Positions 8,573-20,715 are shown, counted from the stretch's first letter. The stretch is DNA of 64,000 nucleotides from Thermoprotei archaeon (GCA_021162845.1 JAGGXX010000056.1:16729-80728), one strand, 5' to 3'. Notes: a model not told the origin generated them from the letters alone. Made by a program: numbers and translations.

Positions 8573-8966
8573 TTGATCATAGGGTTAGATACAAACATAT
8601 TATGCTATTTTCTCGATCCAGCATATCCGGAACACGGAAAAACTTAGGGGCTTACTGCTTGATCTCTCACCGAATAACCTCGTGGCCATTAATCCAACAG
8701 TGTCGCATGAAACCTATCACGTCCTAGTGTTCGGTCAGAAGTAGCTTCCCTTAGAGGCGAAGAGGAGGTTACGGATGCTATTACAGCATCCATATATCAG
8801 GTTCTTTAATCAGACCAAGAGGACATGTAGTGTGGGGTTGGACTTAGCCGTGAAATACGGCTTAGGGGGTAGGGATTCTTTGGTCATAGCTAATTTTATC
8901 ACGAATAAAGTTCCTGTAATGTATACTCATGATGGTGAACTGCTCTCTTTAAGAGAGATTTCATAG
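8557..8966 (+). pseudogene. vapC: PIN-domain VapC toxin gene, multiply disrupted
   Basis: PIN-like pieces lie in three different frames: MGDFLVD / LDTNILCYFLDPAYPEHGKT(stop) / NNLVAINPTVSHETYHVLVFGQK(stop) / ...GLGGRDSLVIANFITNKVPVMYTHDGELL. The start overlaps the vapB end, as in intact vapBC operons. Confidence 0.65.
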
Positions 8967-9107
8967 AGGGGTTGGACCTTAGAGTTCGTAGATCCGTTGC
9001 TGAAAGGGTAAGTATGTCTAAGCTGATTTCAAGAGCAGTTATGAGGGTTATTAGGTCACAGAAGTACGTTACCGAAGCGCGAAAATATCCCTTCTTTTTA
9101 CTCAACT

Positions 9108-9371
9108 TCATGTGTATATTTTGCAGGGAGTATCAAAAGTCGCCATGATGTCCACCATAGCTATATGGGAAGCCGTGACATATCCTGATAGGCTTACGAC
9201 TTCCGGATCATAAGCCTTGAAGCACATAGATCTTCTTAGTCCATTCATAGGGTAAGCCATTCCTATCAGCATCCTCATGACATTAATAGCATGGATCATC
9301 TCATTGCCCACCATTAACCTGCTGGTCGTGGTTTTCAGGTAATGGCTGAGGCGAGTACATGCCATAACCAC
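9108..9371 (-). CDS. hypothetical protein (weak call)
   Basis: This 87-aa ORF has no recognisable motif. It has a 4-nt overlap with a second small ORF (8899-9111) that itself overlaps the vapC pseudogene. Coding status is uncertain. Confidence 0.25.
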   Translation of the reverse strand: MVMACTRLSHYLKTTTSRLMVGNEMIHAINVMRMLIGMAYPMNGLRRSMCFKAYDPEVVSLSGYVTASHIAMVDIMATFDTPCKIYT

Positions 9372-9456
9372 ATCCCTAGTGAAGGGATTGAGATTATGAG
9401 GTAGGGTGCATCGTCTTGCTAAGGGCCATTACCTAAGGTCATACTTAGGGGCTAGA

Positions 9457-9471
9457 AGTTTTTAAAAATAG
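9457..9471 (+). promoter_or_regulatory. TATA-like box of the beta-galactosidase gene
   Basis: AGTTTTTAAAAATAG is centred about 22 nt upstream of the GTG start at 9486. This implies a leaderless or near-leaderless archaeal-type transcript. Confidence 0.45.
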
Positions 9472-9476
9472 TCTAA

Positions 9477-12672
<3,196 letters not shown>

Positions 12673-12799
12673 GATCAACGTCAACCTCCCGAGCACTATA
12701 CCGAGCTCGGTTTGCTCTAGGCAAAGATACTTTTGTCATTAAGAAAAGATGAATGCGAGGACTCTTAATGATCTTAGGAGTGGGTAATCTCTCTCGTGA

Positions 12800-12847
12800 G
12801 TGTTAGATTCTAAAATCTAAGCAAAGCGAGTTTTCAGAATCTAACAC
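12800..12847. repeat. 12-bp perfect inverted repeat (hairpin) in a non-coding scar region
   Basis: GTGTTAGATTCT (12800-12811) and AGAATCTAACAC (12836-12847) are exact reverse complements separated by 24 nt. AAAA/TTTT can extend the stem past a 1-nt bulge. Confidence 0.9.
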
Positions 12848-12907
12848 CCCTGAGCGGCATTTTCCTCACCTCATATAGTCGTAGATCCAGGTGTCCTGAG
12901 GATGGCA

Positions 12908-13704
12908 TCAAAAGCACTTACTCACCTTCTTAAGCACCGCTAATAGGGCTCTATCGTGTGCTTCAACGTAGAGAGGTAATCCGTCTAATGGCACCTCAGT
13001 GGTGATCCTCACAGGTCCCTGACCTCTTTTTGGCTCCAAGAAATCCATCCATATTCCCTTAGGTAAATACACCTCTCGCCCCTCGACTATAGGAGCTGCT
13101 ATGAAGTTCCCCGCCAAATATCCGTCATTAATCACTGCGCATTCATCATCCTCAGGATTCCTTAAGACCAGGGGGTATACTATTGATTCGCCATATTTCA
13201 TGGCCTTCTCCGCGAGCTATACGTAATATTCGGCCAGGCTCATATGCAGGAGCGTATACCTTTTGGATATTTCTACTGTCTCCTCATTGAACCTCCAGGG
13301 GATATGGGGCACTGCACTATGGGCATTAGGATTGTGGCTTCGACCCACCTAATGAATAGCTCCTTATCACACTTAAAGCAATACTCATTCCCGCCAATCA
13401 GGTCAGGCATTACATACAGATATCCGGTAATCGAGAGGGTAAGGGCTTGAGTTACCGCGGCTTTAAGGCCGCCGTTCAGCCCTCAGATTGACTTCTTATC
13501 GCCTTCGCGGTTTACGGCTTCATATCTCTGTGCTAGTGACAGGGGGAGGTTTGTCGCCGTATCCTGCTCATCGGTATACTGGCTCGGTTTCAGGTTCCCC
13601 ATAGATCCTGCTAGGGGGATACCGTTCCGTGAGGTCGACATCGAAAATGGGTAAAGTTGAACATCCACGGAGATGTCCTCCTTCGATAACGTGATCTCCC
13701 CCAA
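12908..13704 (-). pseudogene. GH31 alpha-glucosidase/xylosidase, C-terminal third only, with stops and a frameshift
   Basis: - **GH31-like pieces (minus strand).** ...LAQRYEAVNREGDKKSI(TGA)GLNGGLKAAVTQALTLSITGYLYVMPDLIGGNEY..ELFIRWVEATILMP, then a frameshift near 13295-13310, then PWRFNEETVEISKRYTLLHMSLAEYYV(TAG 13217-13219)LAEKAMKYGESIVYPLV...YLPKGIWMDF...LPLYVEA.
- **In-frame TGA.** The TGA at 13483-13485 sits where GH31 enzymes have Trp (xGDNxxxW).
- **Missing part.** The N-terminal two thirds of the gene is absent. Confidence 0.75.
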
Positions 13705-13835
13705 ACCTCATCAACCGAAACCAACCTATTGGCTATGGCTTTAATAACTATGGCTAAGGAAATGCCTAAAGGAGAGCATCAGCTACGGCGATGTAATTAG
13801 CGAAGAGAGGATTAAGGGATAGAAGAGTCGTTCAG

Positions 13836-14243
13836 TTAAGGTAATTTATTGAAGCCTGCTTGCTCGAAGTTTCTATCGAAAGTAAACACGTATTTGATCC
13901 CAAGCAGTTTCATTATTGCGAAACTTGTACAATCAGTAAAACTCCATTTATACTTTTCATTCCTCATGAAGTACTTCATGGCCTCTCGAAATACCTCCTC
14001 ATCAATCCAGACTATTTTTAAGCTCTTACTTGCACTGGCCTTCCTGTAAAAACTGATAGCTGCCTTCACTCCACACCTAATTCTCAGTAAAGTAAGTACC
14101 TCATTTAGTACGTAGTCTGACGTCACTAAAATGCCGTATTTTCCACTACGCAGCTCGTTAAGTAGGAAACTACGAGCTATACTATGATTAACATCATCCT
14201 CTACTTCTAAAGCGTAAAAAGCACTTGTATCTATGAAGATCAC
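13836..14243 (-). CDS. vapC: PIN-domain toxin VapC
   Basis: The 135-aa ORF has MIFIDTSAFYAL (Asp in the first strand). SDYVLNEVLTLL and FTDCTSFAIM...TFDRNF are typical PIN acidic positions. It has a 4-nt overlap with the upstream antitoxin. Confidence 0.9.
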   Translation of the reverse strand: MIFIDTSAFYALEVEDDVNHSIARSFLLNELRSGKYGILVTSDYVLNEVLTLLRIRCGVKAAISFYRKASASKSLKIVWIDEEVFREAMKYFMRNEKYKWSFTDCTSFAIMKLLGIKYVFTFDRNFEQAGFNKLP

Positions 14244-14479
14244 TGGTTCTCACCGTAAAGAACTCTGTCATGCTCAACTGAAGTTCTATCCATGACTCCT
14301 CTCCGCTTAGCGGCTGGTTTCTCCACGAAAATAGGATCATCAGGGTACACTCTATCCTCTAGGACACTTTTCCTAATGATTTCCCTCACTGCTTCCATTA
14401 TTGTTAACCCTTTTGACTCTGCGTACCTCCGTAGAAGTTCATACTCAATATTAGTGAGCTTGGTCTGTACCACTTTCAT
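14240..14479 (-). CDS. vapB: RHH/CopG-type antitoxin VapB
   Basis: The 79-aa ORF reads KVVQTKLTNIEYELLRRYAESKGLTIMEAVREIIRKSV, a beta-strand plus two helices. It is translationally coupled to vapC. Confidence 0.75.
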   Translation of the reverse strand: MKVVQTKLTNIEYELLRRYAESKGLTIMEAVREIIRKSVLEDRVYPDDPIFVEKPAAKRRGVMDRTSVEHDRVLYGENQ

Positions 14480-14502
14480 GTAACATCATCCATTAAACAT
14501 AC

Positions 14503-14517
14503 TATATGAAACATATA
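14503..14517. promoter_or_regulatory. palindromic TATA-like element in the 54-bp vapBC / mnt-hepT divergent intergenic region
   Basis: TATATG-AAA-CATATA is a perfect 6-bp inverted repeat. It lies 17-31 nt upstream of the MNT ATG (14534) and about 25-40 nt upstream of the vapB start (14479). Confidence 0.4.
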
Positions 14518-14533
14518 AAACTTAACGGAGCTC

Positions 14534-14953
14534 ATGCTTAAGTTGAGGGAATTCTTTATGAAGCGGTACAGAGATGCTGTGGAATATGTGATACTTTTTG
14601 GCTCTATCAGCAAGGGTATTGCGGCTGTTACTAGCGATATAGATCTAGCGATCAAACTCGTTGAAGAACGAGGAGGATTGGCGATCACATTACCTGAACT
14701 CGTCTGTGAACTAGCCTCTTTCTTAGGCATAAGGGAGGATCTGATCGATATAGTGCTTTTAAAACAGGGGAGAGATTATAGCTACTCCTTCCTCTTTAAC
14801 GTCTTCAAGGACGGGGAACTCATTTACTGTAGAAGCAAGGAGAAGTTCATGGATGACTTGATAAGAGCATGTTCGCTTTATGTTGATCATAGGATCCAGC
14901 TGAGGAAGCATAGAGCTATCGAGAAGTACATAGAAAGGTACCCGGAGGAGTGA
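14534..14953 (+). CDS. mntA: minimal nucleotidyltransferase (MNT) antitoxin
   Basis: The 139-aa ORF has VILFGSISKGIAAVTSDIDLAI (GS...DxD NTase motif). It has a 4-nt overlap with the following HEPN gene. Confidence 0.85.
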   Translation: MLKLREFFMKRYRDAVEYVILFGSISKGIAAVTSDIDLAIKLVEERGGLAITLPELVCELASFLGIREDLIDIVLLKQGRDYSYSFLFNVFKDGELIYCRSKEKFMDDLIRACSLYVDHRIQLRKHRAIEKYIERYPEE

Positions 14954-15384
14954 GGGGATTGGGCAGGCTCCTGGACCTAGCCGAAAAGGTGAAGAAGTGC
15001 GTTGAAGGGCTGGAAAGGTTATCAAGGGATGCCGATGAAACGATCGCTGATTTCATCCTCTTAAACGTGGCGCTCCATATGCTTCAGGTTTCAGTACAGG
15101 CACTTATCGATATGGCATATTACTATCTATCTGAAAAGGGGATAAAACCGCCTAATACCTACGGCGAGGTAGCACTGCTCTTACTTAAGCTAGAGGTGCT
15201 TGATGAAGAGGAGGCCAAGCGATTGCGTTCGATGATAGGCTTCCGGAACGTGCCTGTCCATGGTTATTTGTCCTTAGATCTCGAACTCATCCGTGATATC
15301 TTAAAACGACGTGCGTATAGAGAAGCGTTAAAAATAGCTAAGAAAATCCTCAAGGCGGCTGCGGAAGAAGATATAGACCTCTGA
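14950..15384 (+). CDS. hepT: HEPN (DUF86/HepT-type) toxin
   Basis: The 144-aa ORF has IGFRNVPVHGY, which contains the R-x4-H HEPN RNase motif. Confidence 0.85.
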   Translation: MRGLGRLLDLAEKVKKCVEGLERLSRDADETIADFILLNVALHMLQVSVQALIDMAYYYLSEKGIKPPNTYGEVALLLLKLEVLDEEEAKRLRSMIGFRNVPVHGYLSLDLELIRDILKRRAYREALKIAKKILKAAAEEDIDL

Positions 15385-15646
15385 TGGCCTTGTATTGCTA
15401 TAAAACCTAAAATAATATTATAATATACGGAATATTATGCGGAGCTCTATCGCGGACGAGAGTAATCATGATGAAAGCGTATCGGCTTACCCGGATCCCC
15501 AGTTCACCATGTTGTAAGAGGTTCATAAGAATATGGAAATTTATCATGATAGAAGGCGTAATATCTTCTACAGGTACCTCTTGGGATAGCTCTCAGTCTT
15601 AAGCATATATCGTAAGAGGGCAGATGTCGATAACTTTTATACTCTT

Positions 15647-15970
15647 ATGGGGATAAAACCGAAGTGGGAAGTGGTCTTTAAAGAGAACGATCGCTGGCAA
15701 TGCGGTATCTATGTCCCTGAGAATAAATCCCTAGATGATATGAAGTTCCTAGAGAAGCATAATGCGCCTGAGCTTTTCATGCTGATAGAAGGCAACATAG
15801 CTCTTGTCTTGATGAATGAAAAGGGGAAATTGCAGGAAGTGCCTATGGAGAAGGGGAAGGTCTATATTGTTAATACATGGCATAATGCCTATAGGCCAGA
15901 GGGTGGTAAGGGCATTGCATTGGTCATAGAGAGGCCAGATATCAAGACGGAGTACAAGTATCTAAAATAG
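15647..15970 (+). CDS. small cupin-fold protein (tentative)
   Basis: This 107-aa ORF has a beta-rich pattern: HNAPELFMLIEGNIALVLMNEKGKLQEVPMEKGKVYIVNTWHNAY. It resembles single-domain cupins. No metal-ligand motif is confirmed. Confidence 0.4.
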   Translation: MGIKPKWEVVFKENDRWQCGIYVPENKSLDDMKFLEKHNAPELFMLIEGNIALVLMNEKGKLQEVPMEKGKVYIVNTWHNAYRPEGGKGIALVIERPDIKTEYKYLK

Positions 15971-16273
15971 GGAGCTCATCATGCAGTCTCTTGATGAATT
16001 AAATACTAATATTACGTCGCAATAGATCCATTGCTAACAGAAGTTAACGTTAAGATGGTCGGCTTTAAGATAGGTTTCGACGAATTCTTTAATCATATTA
16101 TCGACCTTTCGACTAGCCCTTTATCGGCATTTGAGTGTTATGGTTTTATATTTTTTGTAGTGCCTATTATCCTATTTTTCTTTAGTCAAAGCGAGAAGCA
16201 GATAAAAAATTTAAAGTTCGCTTATAGAACCTTGTGCTGAAGGGCATGTCCGTTGTAGGGGTGGACTCCTAAA

Positions 16274-17602
16274 GTGGTTAGAAGCGGGCCTCATCTAGGC
16301 AAGAAAGTCATAGTGCCTCTAATAATTCTACTTCTCATGCTCAGTAGTCTCCTCTATGTCTACTTCTTCCGGAAGGAAATGCTCCTCTGGATCCTGGTAC
16401 ATCTAAAGCCTGAGAAACCCTACGTGAGCTCCTCGTATTTGCGGAAATCGCGCTTTTCGAACGTAGGTGAGATCGAGAAGGCTAATTGGATCAGGCTTCC
16501 AGTTCTATGGGGTGATGTCGAGCGGGAAGAGGGGAGGTATGATTTCTCCTTCTTGGATTTAATGATTAAGAACTTTCAGAAGGATAACAGGATACTCTTA
16601 CTGACGATTCTGCCTTTCGCAGACTGGGACCAGGATAAATGCCATGATGAAAGGTATATTACCGAGATCCCCGCTCCTCCTCCACGGGGGACGATAAGGG
16701 TAAAAGTGGGCAAACCCTGTGATATGAACGCCTATGTCAGGTTCCTCAGAGCCCTTGTCGAGAGGTACGATGGTGACGGCAAAGATGATATGCCGGGTCT
16801 ACGCTATCCCATAAAGTACTGGGAGATAATGAACGAACCTGGCATGCAGGGGAAGAGGAAGTTTGACCTTAAGTTCTTCTATGGATCGCCTGAGGAGTAC
16901 CTGGATATCCTAAAGGTAAGCTACCAGACCATTAAGCAGGTGGATCCTGATGCAATAGTCCTGATGGGTGGGATGGCTGGCATGGACGAGGAATTCGTGA
17001 ACTTCTGGAGTAGGATAATAAGTAGGGCGAAGGACTACTTCGATGTCGCGAACATCCATAGCATAAGCACCACTGAGGAAAGAGAGGACCTTTATCTCTT
17101 CAAGTTCAGGGAATTCTTGAGTAGCCATGGTGTGAAGGATAAGCCGATATGGATAACGGAGGCCCAATTCGGAGACCTATTCGAGGCTCCGAAGGACCTG
17201 GCCTCTATGGAAAAACTCTTAGTTAGAGGCACGGTATTCGCCCTTGCAAATGGTGCTGAGAAGGTGTTTCACGTTGGTAACTGGTATGAGTTCTGGAAGA
17301 GCGAGAGCACACAGAAGGTCTATGAAACTTTAGTGGATAAGTTAGACTATTTCGACTCCGTGAAGATCATTAGGCAGGAATACGAGGAAACCCCCGAAGG
17401 CATAAGAACGATAGTGGGGCAGTATAAGTTCATGATAGGAAATCACACTGTCTTCGTCCTATGGGGGAATGCGCCGCTTCCTCAGGAGTTGTGGGGGAAA
17501 GTGCTAAAGGTCACGGACATCTATGGTGATGAAAAGGTGATGAACTATACTGAGGTGAAGCTCTCGGATTCTCCAATATATGTCGAGGTACTTGGCGATT
17601 AA
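16274..17602 (+). CDS. membrane-anchored clan GH-A glycosidase (GH5/GH39-like)
   Basis: An N-terminal TM helix is present (VIVPLIILLLMLSSLLYVYFF). YWEIMNEPG is the acid/base NEP motif and IWITEAQFG is a candidate nucleophile Glu. Confidence 0.65.
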   Translation: MVRSGPHLGKKVIVPLIILLLMLSSLLYVYFFRKEMLLWILVHLKPEKPYVSSSYLRKSRFSNVGEIEKANWIRLPVLWGDVEREEGRYDFSFLDLMIKNFQKDNRILLLTILPFADWDQDKCHDERYITEIPAPPPRGTIRVKVGKPCDMNAYVRFLRALVERYDGDGKDDMPGLRYPIKYWEIMNEPGMQGKRKFDLKFFYGSPEEYLDILKVSYQTIKQVDPDAIVLMGGMAGMDEEFVNFWSRIISRAKDYFDVANIHSISTTEEREDLYLFKFREFLSSHGVKDKPIWITEAQFGDLFEAPKDLASMEKLLVRGTVFALANGAEKVFHVGNWYEFWKSESTQKVYETLVDKLDYFDSVKIIRQEYEETPEGIRTIVGQYKFMIGNHTVFVLWGNAPLPQELWGKVLKVTDIYGDEKVMNYTEVKLSDSPIYVEVLGD

Positions 17603-17719
17603 TGCTTCCTCCAGGCGCTTTCAATGCGCTTCAGCCATGCCTAAGCGAACATCGCGTTCATTATGTCTATTTATATCTAAGGATGGAAACATCCCATCGG
17701 GAAGCGTGGTGAATAGGTT

Positions 17720-18970
17720 ATGGTGGAACTCCCCGCTAAGTATGGAGGGGAACCCGTTAGGACTAAGCCTTTGCCTTCAATTAGTGACGCTAGCGGTAGA
17801 TGGCTGGGTGACGAGGAGCTGGCATTATTGACTAAAGTGATAAGGAGCGGAAGGCTGAATAGGGTTTACGGTGGGTTCGTGCGGGAGTTTGAGCGTAGAT
17901 TCGCAGAGCTCATGGGGGTCAAGCATGCGATAGCATCGACATCTGGAACGGCGGCGATCCATGTAGCATTAGGGGCATGCGATATAGGCCCTGGCGATGA
18001 GGTCATCACGACACCTATTACCGATATGGGTACCATAATCCCCATACTTTTCCAAAATGCTATTCCCGTATTCGCGGATATAGATCCTGAGACCTTTAAC
18101 CTCAACCCAGAAGACGTAAGGCATAGGATAAGCGATAAAACTAGGGCTATCATAGTCGTGCACCTCTTCGGCATGCCTGCTGAGATGGATGTCATAATGG
18201 AAATAGCCGAGAGTCACGATCTTTACGTGATAGAGGATTGCGCGCAGGCCTACCTAGCGGAGTATAAGGGAAGGTTCGTGGGGACTATTGGTCATCTCGG
18301 GGCCTTCAGCTTACAGCAATCTAAGCACATCACCACTGGGGATGGCGGTATAACCATAACCAATGACGAGGATCTAGCTTGGAGGGCTAAGCTCTTCGCC
18401 GATAAGGGATGGGATCGAGAAGTCGGGAGATGCCATCTGTTCCTCGGGAATAACTACCGCATGACCGAATTACAGGGAGCTGTGGCCCTAGCCCAATTAG
18501 ATAAGCTTAAGTGGGTGGTAAAGCAAAGGCGTGAGCTCGCTGATCTCCTCACTAAAAAGCTCATGCAGATGGAGTGGGTCCATCCACCTAAGGTCCCTAG
18601 CTACTGTAAGCACTCTTATTGGCAATATCCTGTGAGGATTGAAGTCGAAGCCTTAGGGATTACCATAGGGGAATTTTCTGAGGCCCTAAGGGCTGAGGGG
18701 ATCCCCAACTCCCCTGGGTATGTGCCTCCAGTGTATCTTCAGCCTGTTCTCGCGGAACGAAAGATATATCGTGACAGACGTTGTCCCCTTGAATGTCCCC
18801 TTTACGGCAAACGCATGAGATATGAATCGGGCCTATGTCCTAATGCGGAACGAATGATGTCTAACGTAATAGTAATACCGTGGAATGAATTCTATACGAG
18901 TGAAGACGTCGAGGATATAGCGAGGGCCTTTGAAAAGCTGATGGCCTATTATACGGCGCGGCGACAATAA
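17720..18970 (+). CDS. DegT/DnrJ/EryC1/StrS-family PLP-dependent sugar aminotransferase
   Basis: The 416-aa ORF has GDEVITTPIT and FSLQQSKHITTGDGGITITNDEDLAWRAKLFADKGW, with the Lys of the SxK-type PLP site. Confidence 0.85.
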   Translation: MVELPAKYGGEPVRTKPLPSISDASGRWLGDEELALLTKVIRSGRLNRVYGGFVREFERRFAELMGVKHAIASTSGTAAIHVALGACDIGPGDEVITTPITDMGTIIPILFQNAIPVFADIDPETFNLNPEDVRHRISDKTRAIIVVHLFGMPAEMDVIMEIAESHDLYVIEDCAQAYLAEYKGRFVGTIGHLGAFSLQQSKHITTGDGGITITNDEDLAWRAKLFADKGWDREVGRCHLFLGNNYRMTELQGAVALAQLDKLKWVVKQRRELADLLTKKLMQMEWVHPPKVPSYCKHSYWQYPVRIEVEALGITIGEFSEALRAEGIPNSPGYVPPVYLQPVLAERKIYRDRRCPLECPLYGKRMRYESGLCPNAERMMSNVIVIPWNEFYTSEDVEDIARAFEKLMAYYTARRQ

Positions 18971-19695
18971 TGCTTTAGCATCCTTAAGCCATTCCTATAA
19001 AGAATGGCCTCCTTTGCCTCATCGTTTATATCAGAGTAGAGAACCTTAAAGATGGCGCAATGAGGGTACCGTGCGGGATATCCAGTGCCGAACAGAACCC
19101 TATCCTCGCCAAGTACATCCACGAGGAACTTAACTCCATTAAGCGGCTGATATAGCGAGATCTCGACAAGGACATTGGTGACCTCCCCCATGTCCTTAAC
19201 AAGCCAAGGACTTTCAGTATAATTTACTCCACTGATTATAAGGTGTACGTCCCCATAATCTTTAGCTATGTTGGTTATGGAATCGAAGTCGACTTGAGGA
19301 GCATCTCTCCATGTCATCCTGATGCTTATATTTATGATGCCCTCGTAGTCCAGCCAGCTAATTACCTAGGATAGCTTATGGGAGTCGAGCTTATACTCAT
19401 GCCTGGATGGTGTAAGGCGAACTCCGCAGAAGCCAAGAGATAGTAACTCCCTGACGGCAATAGGGCATTTTGGATGGGTAGGATCGATCGCGGCTAGCAG
19501 GTATACCTTCTCTAGACCACAGCATTCCTTGAATAACCTAAGATTGGCCTCAAAGGGCTCTTCACTTTTCCCTAGATCGGCTATGGAGATTACATAGGCA
19601 CTGATGCCTATACCCTTTAGTTCCTCCATTATCTCGGCTGAGTGCTTCTTGAAGGGCCCGCTTCTAAAACGAAGGACATTGAAGTCCAACATCAC
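18949..19695 (-). pseudogene. amidohydrolase-fold paralogue interrupted by one in-frame TAG (19366-19368)
   Basis: ORFs 19695-19366 and 19317-18949 are in the same frame. The 16 codons between them (VISWLDYEGIINISIR) are open. Joined length is about 248 aa, against 255 aa for the upstream paralogue, with matching blocks (RVLFGTGYP vs RILFGTDMP). The N-terminal HxH motif is absent. Confidence 0.6.
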
Positions 19696-20459
19696 TCCTT
19701 CCCCAGCACTCGAATAGCGTTCTTGATGAGAATGTTCTCCCTATCTTCATCTGATATCCTAGCACCGAATACCTTTCCTAGCGAGACTGCTGGGTCTTGA
19801 TATGGCATATCAGTGCCGAAGAGGATGCGTTCCGATCCCAGCTTCCTCACCGCGTATTCCATCATACCGCAATCGCAGACAGATGATGAGATCTCAAGGT
19901 AAACGTTATCGTATCCGCTAACCCTCTCGATACCTTCCCTCCAGCGTACTCCTCCCATGTGATACATGACTATGCTTAGATCGGGGAACTTATCGGCTAC
20001 TAAGCTGACGTCCTCTCCCCCGTCATACGAGTGTATCATCACGGGGACTCCTAATTCTATCGCCATCTCGAGGATCGGTTCTACTAACGGATGACTTGCC
20101 TTAATCCCGAAGTAATCGGGATGCAACTTAATGCCCTTCATTCCAAGGCTTGATATGCAATGCTTCAATTCTCTTAGGGCTTCGTTAACATAAAGAGGGT
20201 TGATCGCGGCAAGCCCTATGAACCTACCCGCGTACTTCCTCACGGCTTCATATACGTGTCGATTGCCCTCCCTGAAGTCATAGAGTAGCGAGAGCGTTGA
20301 AGATATGGCCGCTTTGGCTATTCCATATCTATCCATGGCATTGACGACCCTGTCCATGCTTCCATCCAGCAGGAACCTTTGGTCTACCCCTATATGGCAA
20401 TGAACGTCGATTATCCTCCCTCGCGCCCATTGTGGTACCCCAAGGATATGAGATGCCAT
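19692..20459 (-). CDS. metal-dependent amidohydrolase-fold (Amidohydro_2-type) hydrolase, possible lactonase/decarboxylase
   Basis: The 255-aa ORF has IIDVHCHIG (HxH metal motif), KLHPDY, MIHSYDGG and ILFGTDMPY. Its stop overlaps the next gene's start (GTGATG). Confidence 0.8.
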   Translation of the reverse strand: MASHILGVPQWARGRIIDVHCHIGVDQRFLLDGSMDRVVNAMDRYGIAKAAISSTLSLLYDFREGNRHVYEAVRKYAGRFIGLAAINPLYVNEALRELKHCISSLGMKGIKLHPDYFGIKASHPLVEPILEMAIELGVPVMIHSYDGGEDVSLVADKFPDLSIVMYHMGGVRWREGIERVSGYDNVYLEISSSVCDCGMMEYAVRKLGSERILFGTDMPYQDPAVSLGKVFGARISDEDRENILIKNAIRVLGKE

Positions 20460-20715
20460 ATCAGAGCCCCAGTTAAGTTATATTGTATAAATGGTTCTTT
20501 TATCGGGTAATGCTATTTTTGATGATAGTAGTTATTTGTATTAACTCATCATTAGGAATTCTGACTATGGTCTTGAGCGATAATTGATTTTGAAATCATA
20601 TGTATTTTTAAATCCTTATCTTAGAAGTAAAAAAGTAAGGGAAATCCACAATATCTAAAGGGGACTTACGTTATAGCCTCCGTTTTTCTTTGTAAAGAAC
20701 TAAAACGTATTCCAT

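Noticed and set aside
8899-9111. The 70-aa minus-strand ORF coupled (ATGA) to ORF 9108-9371, considered as a possible additional TA pair.
   Set aside because: It overlaps the 3' part of the vapC pseudogene on the other strand, and neither protein shows a toxin or antitoxin motif. It is kept only as a weak hypothetical (9108-9371).
15468-15474. Other C-box-like AUGAUGA/GUGAUGA hits in intergenic DNA, at 15468, 23179, 59808 and on the minus strand near 20545.
   Set aside because: None has a CUGA D box at the right distance (about 50-60 nt), nor a C'/D' pair with roughly 12-nt spacers.
19366-19368. The in-frame TAG could encode pyrrolysine.
   Set aside because: No pyl genes or methylamine methyltransferases are in the window, and the inferred lineage is not one known to use Pyl. 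A pseudogene, a sequencing error or simple read-through are more economical explanations.
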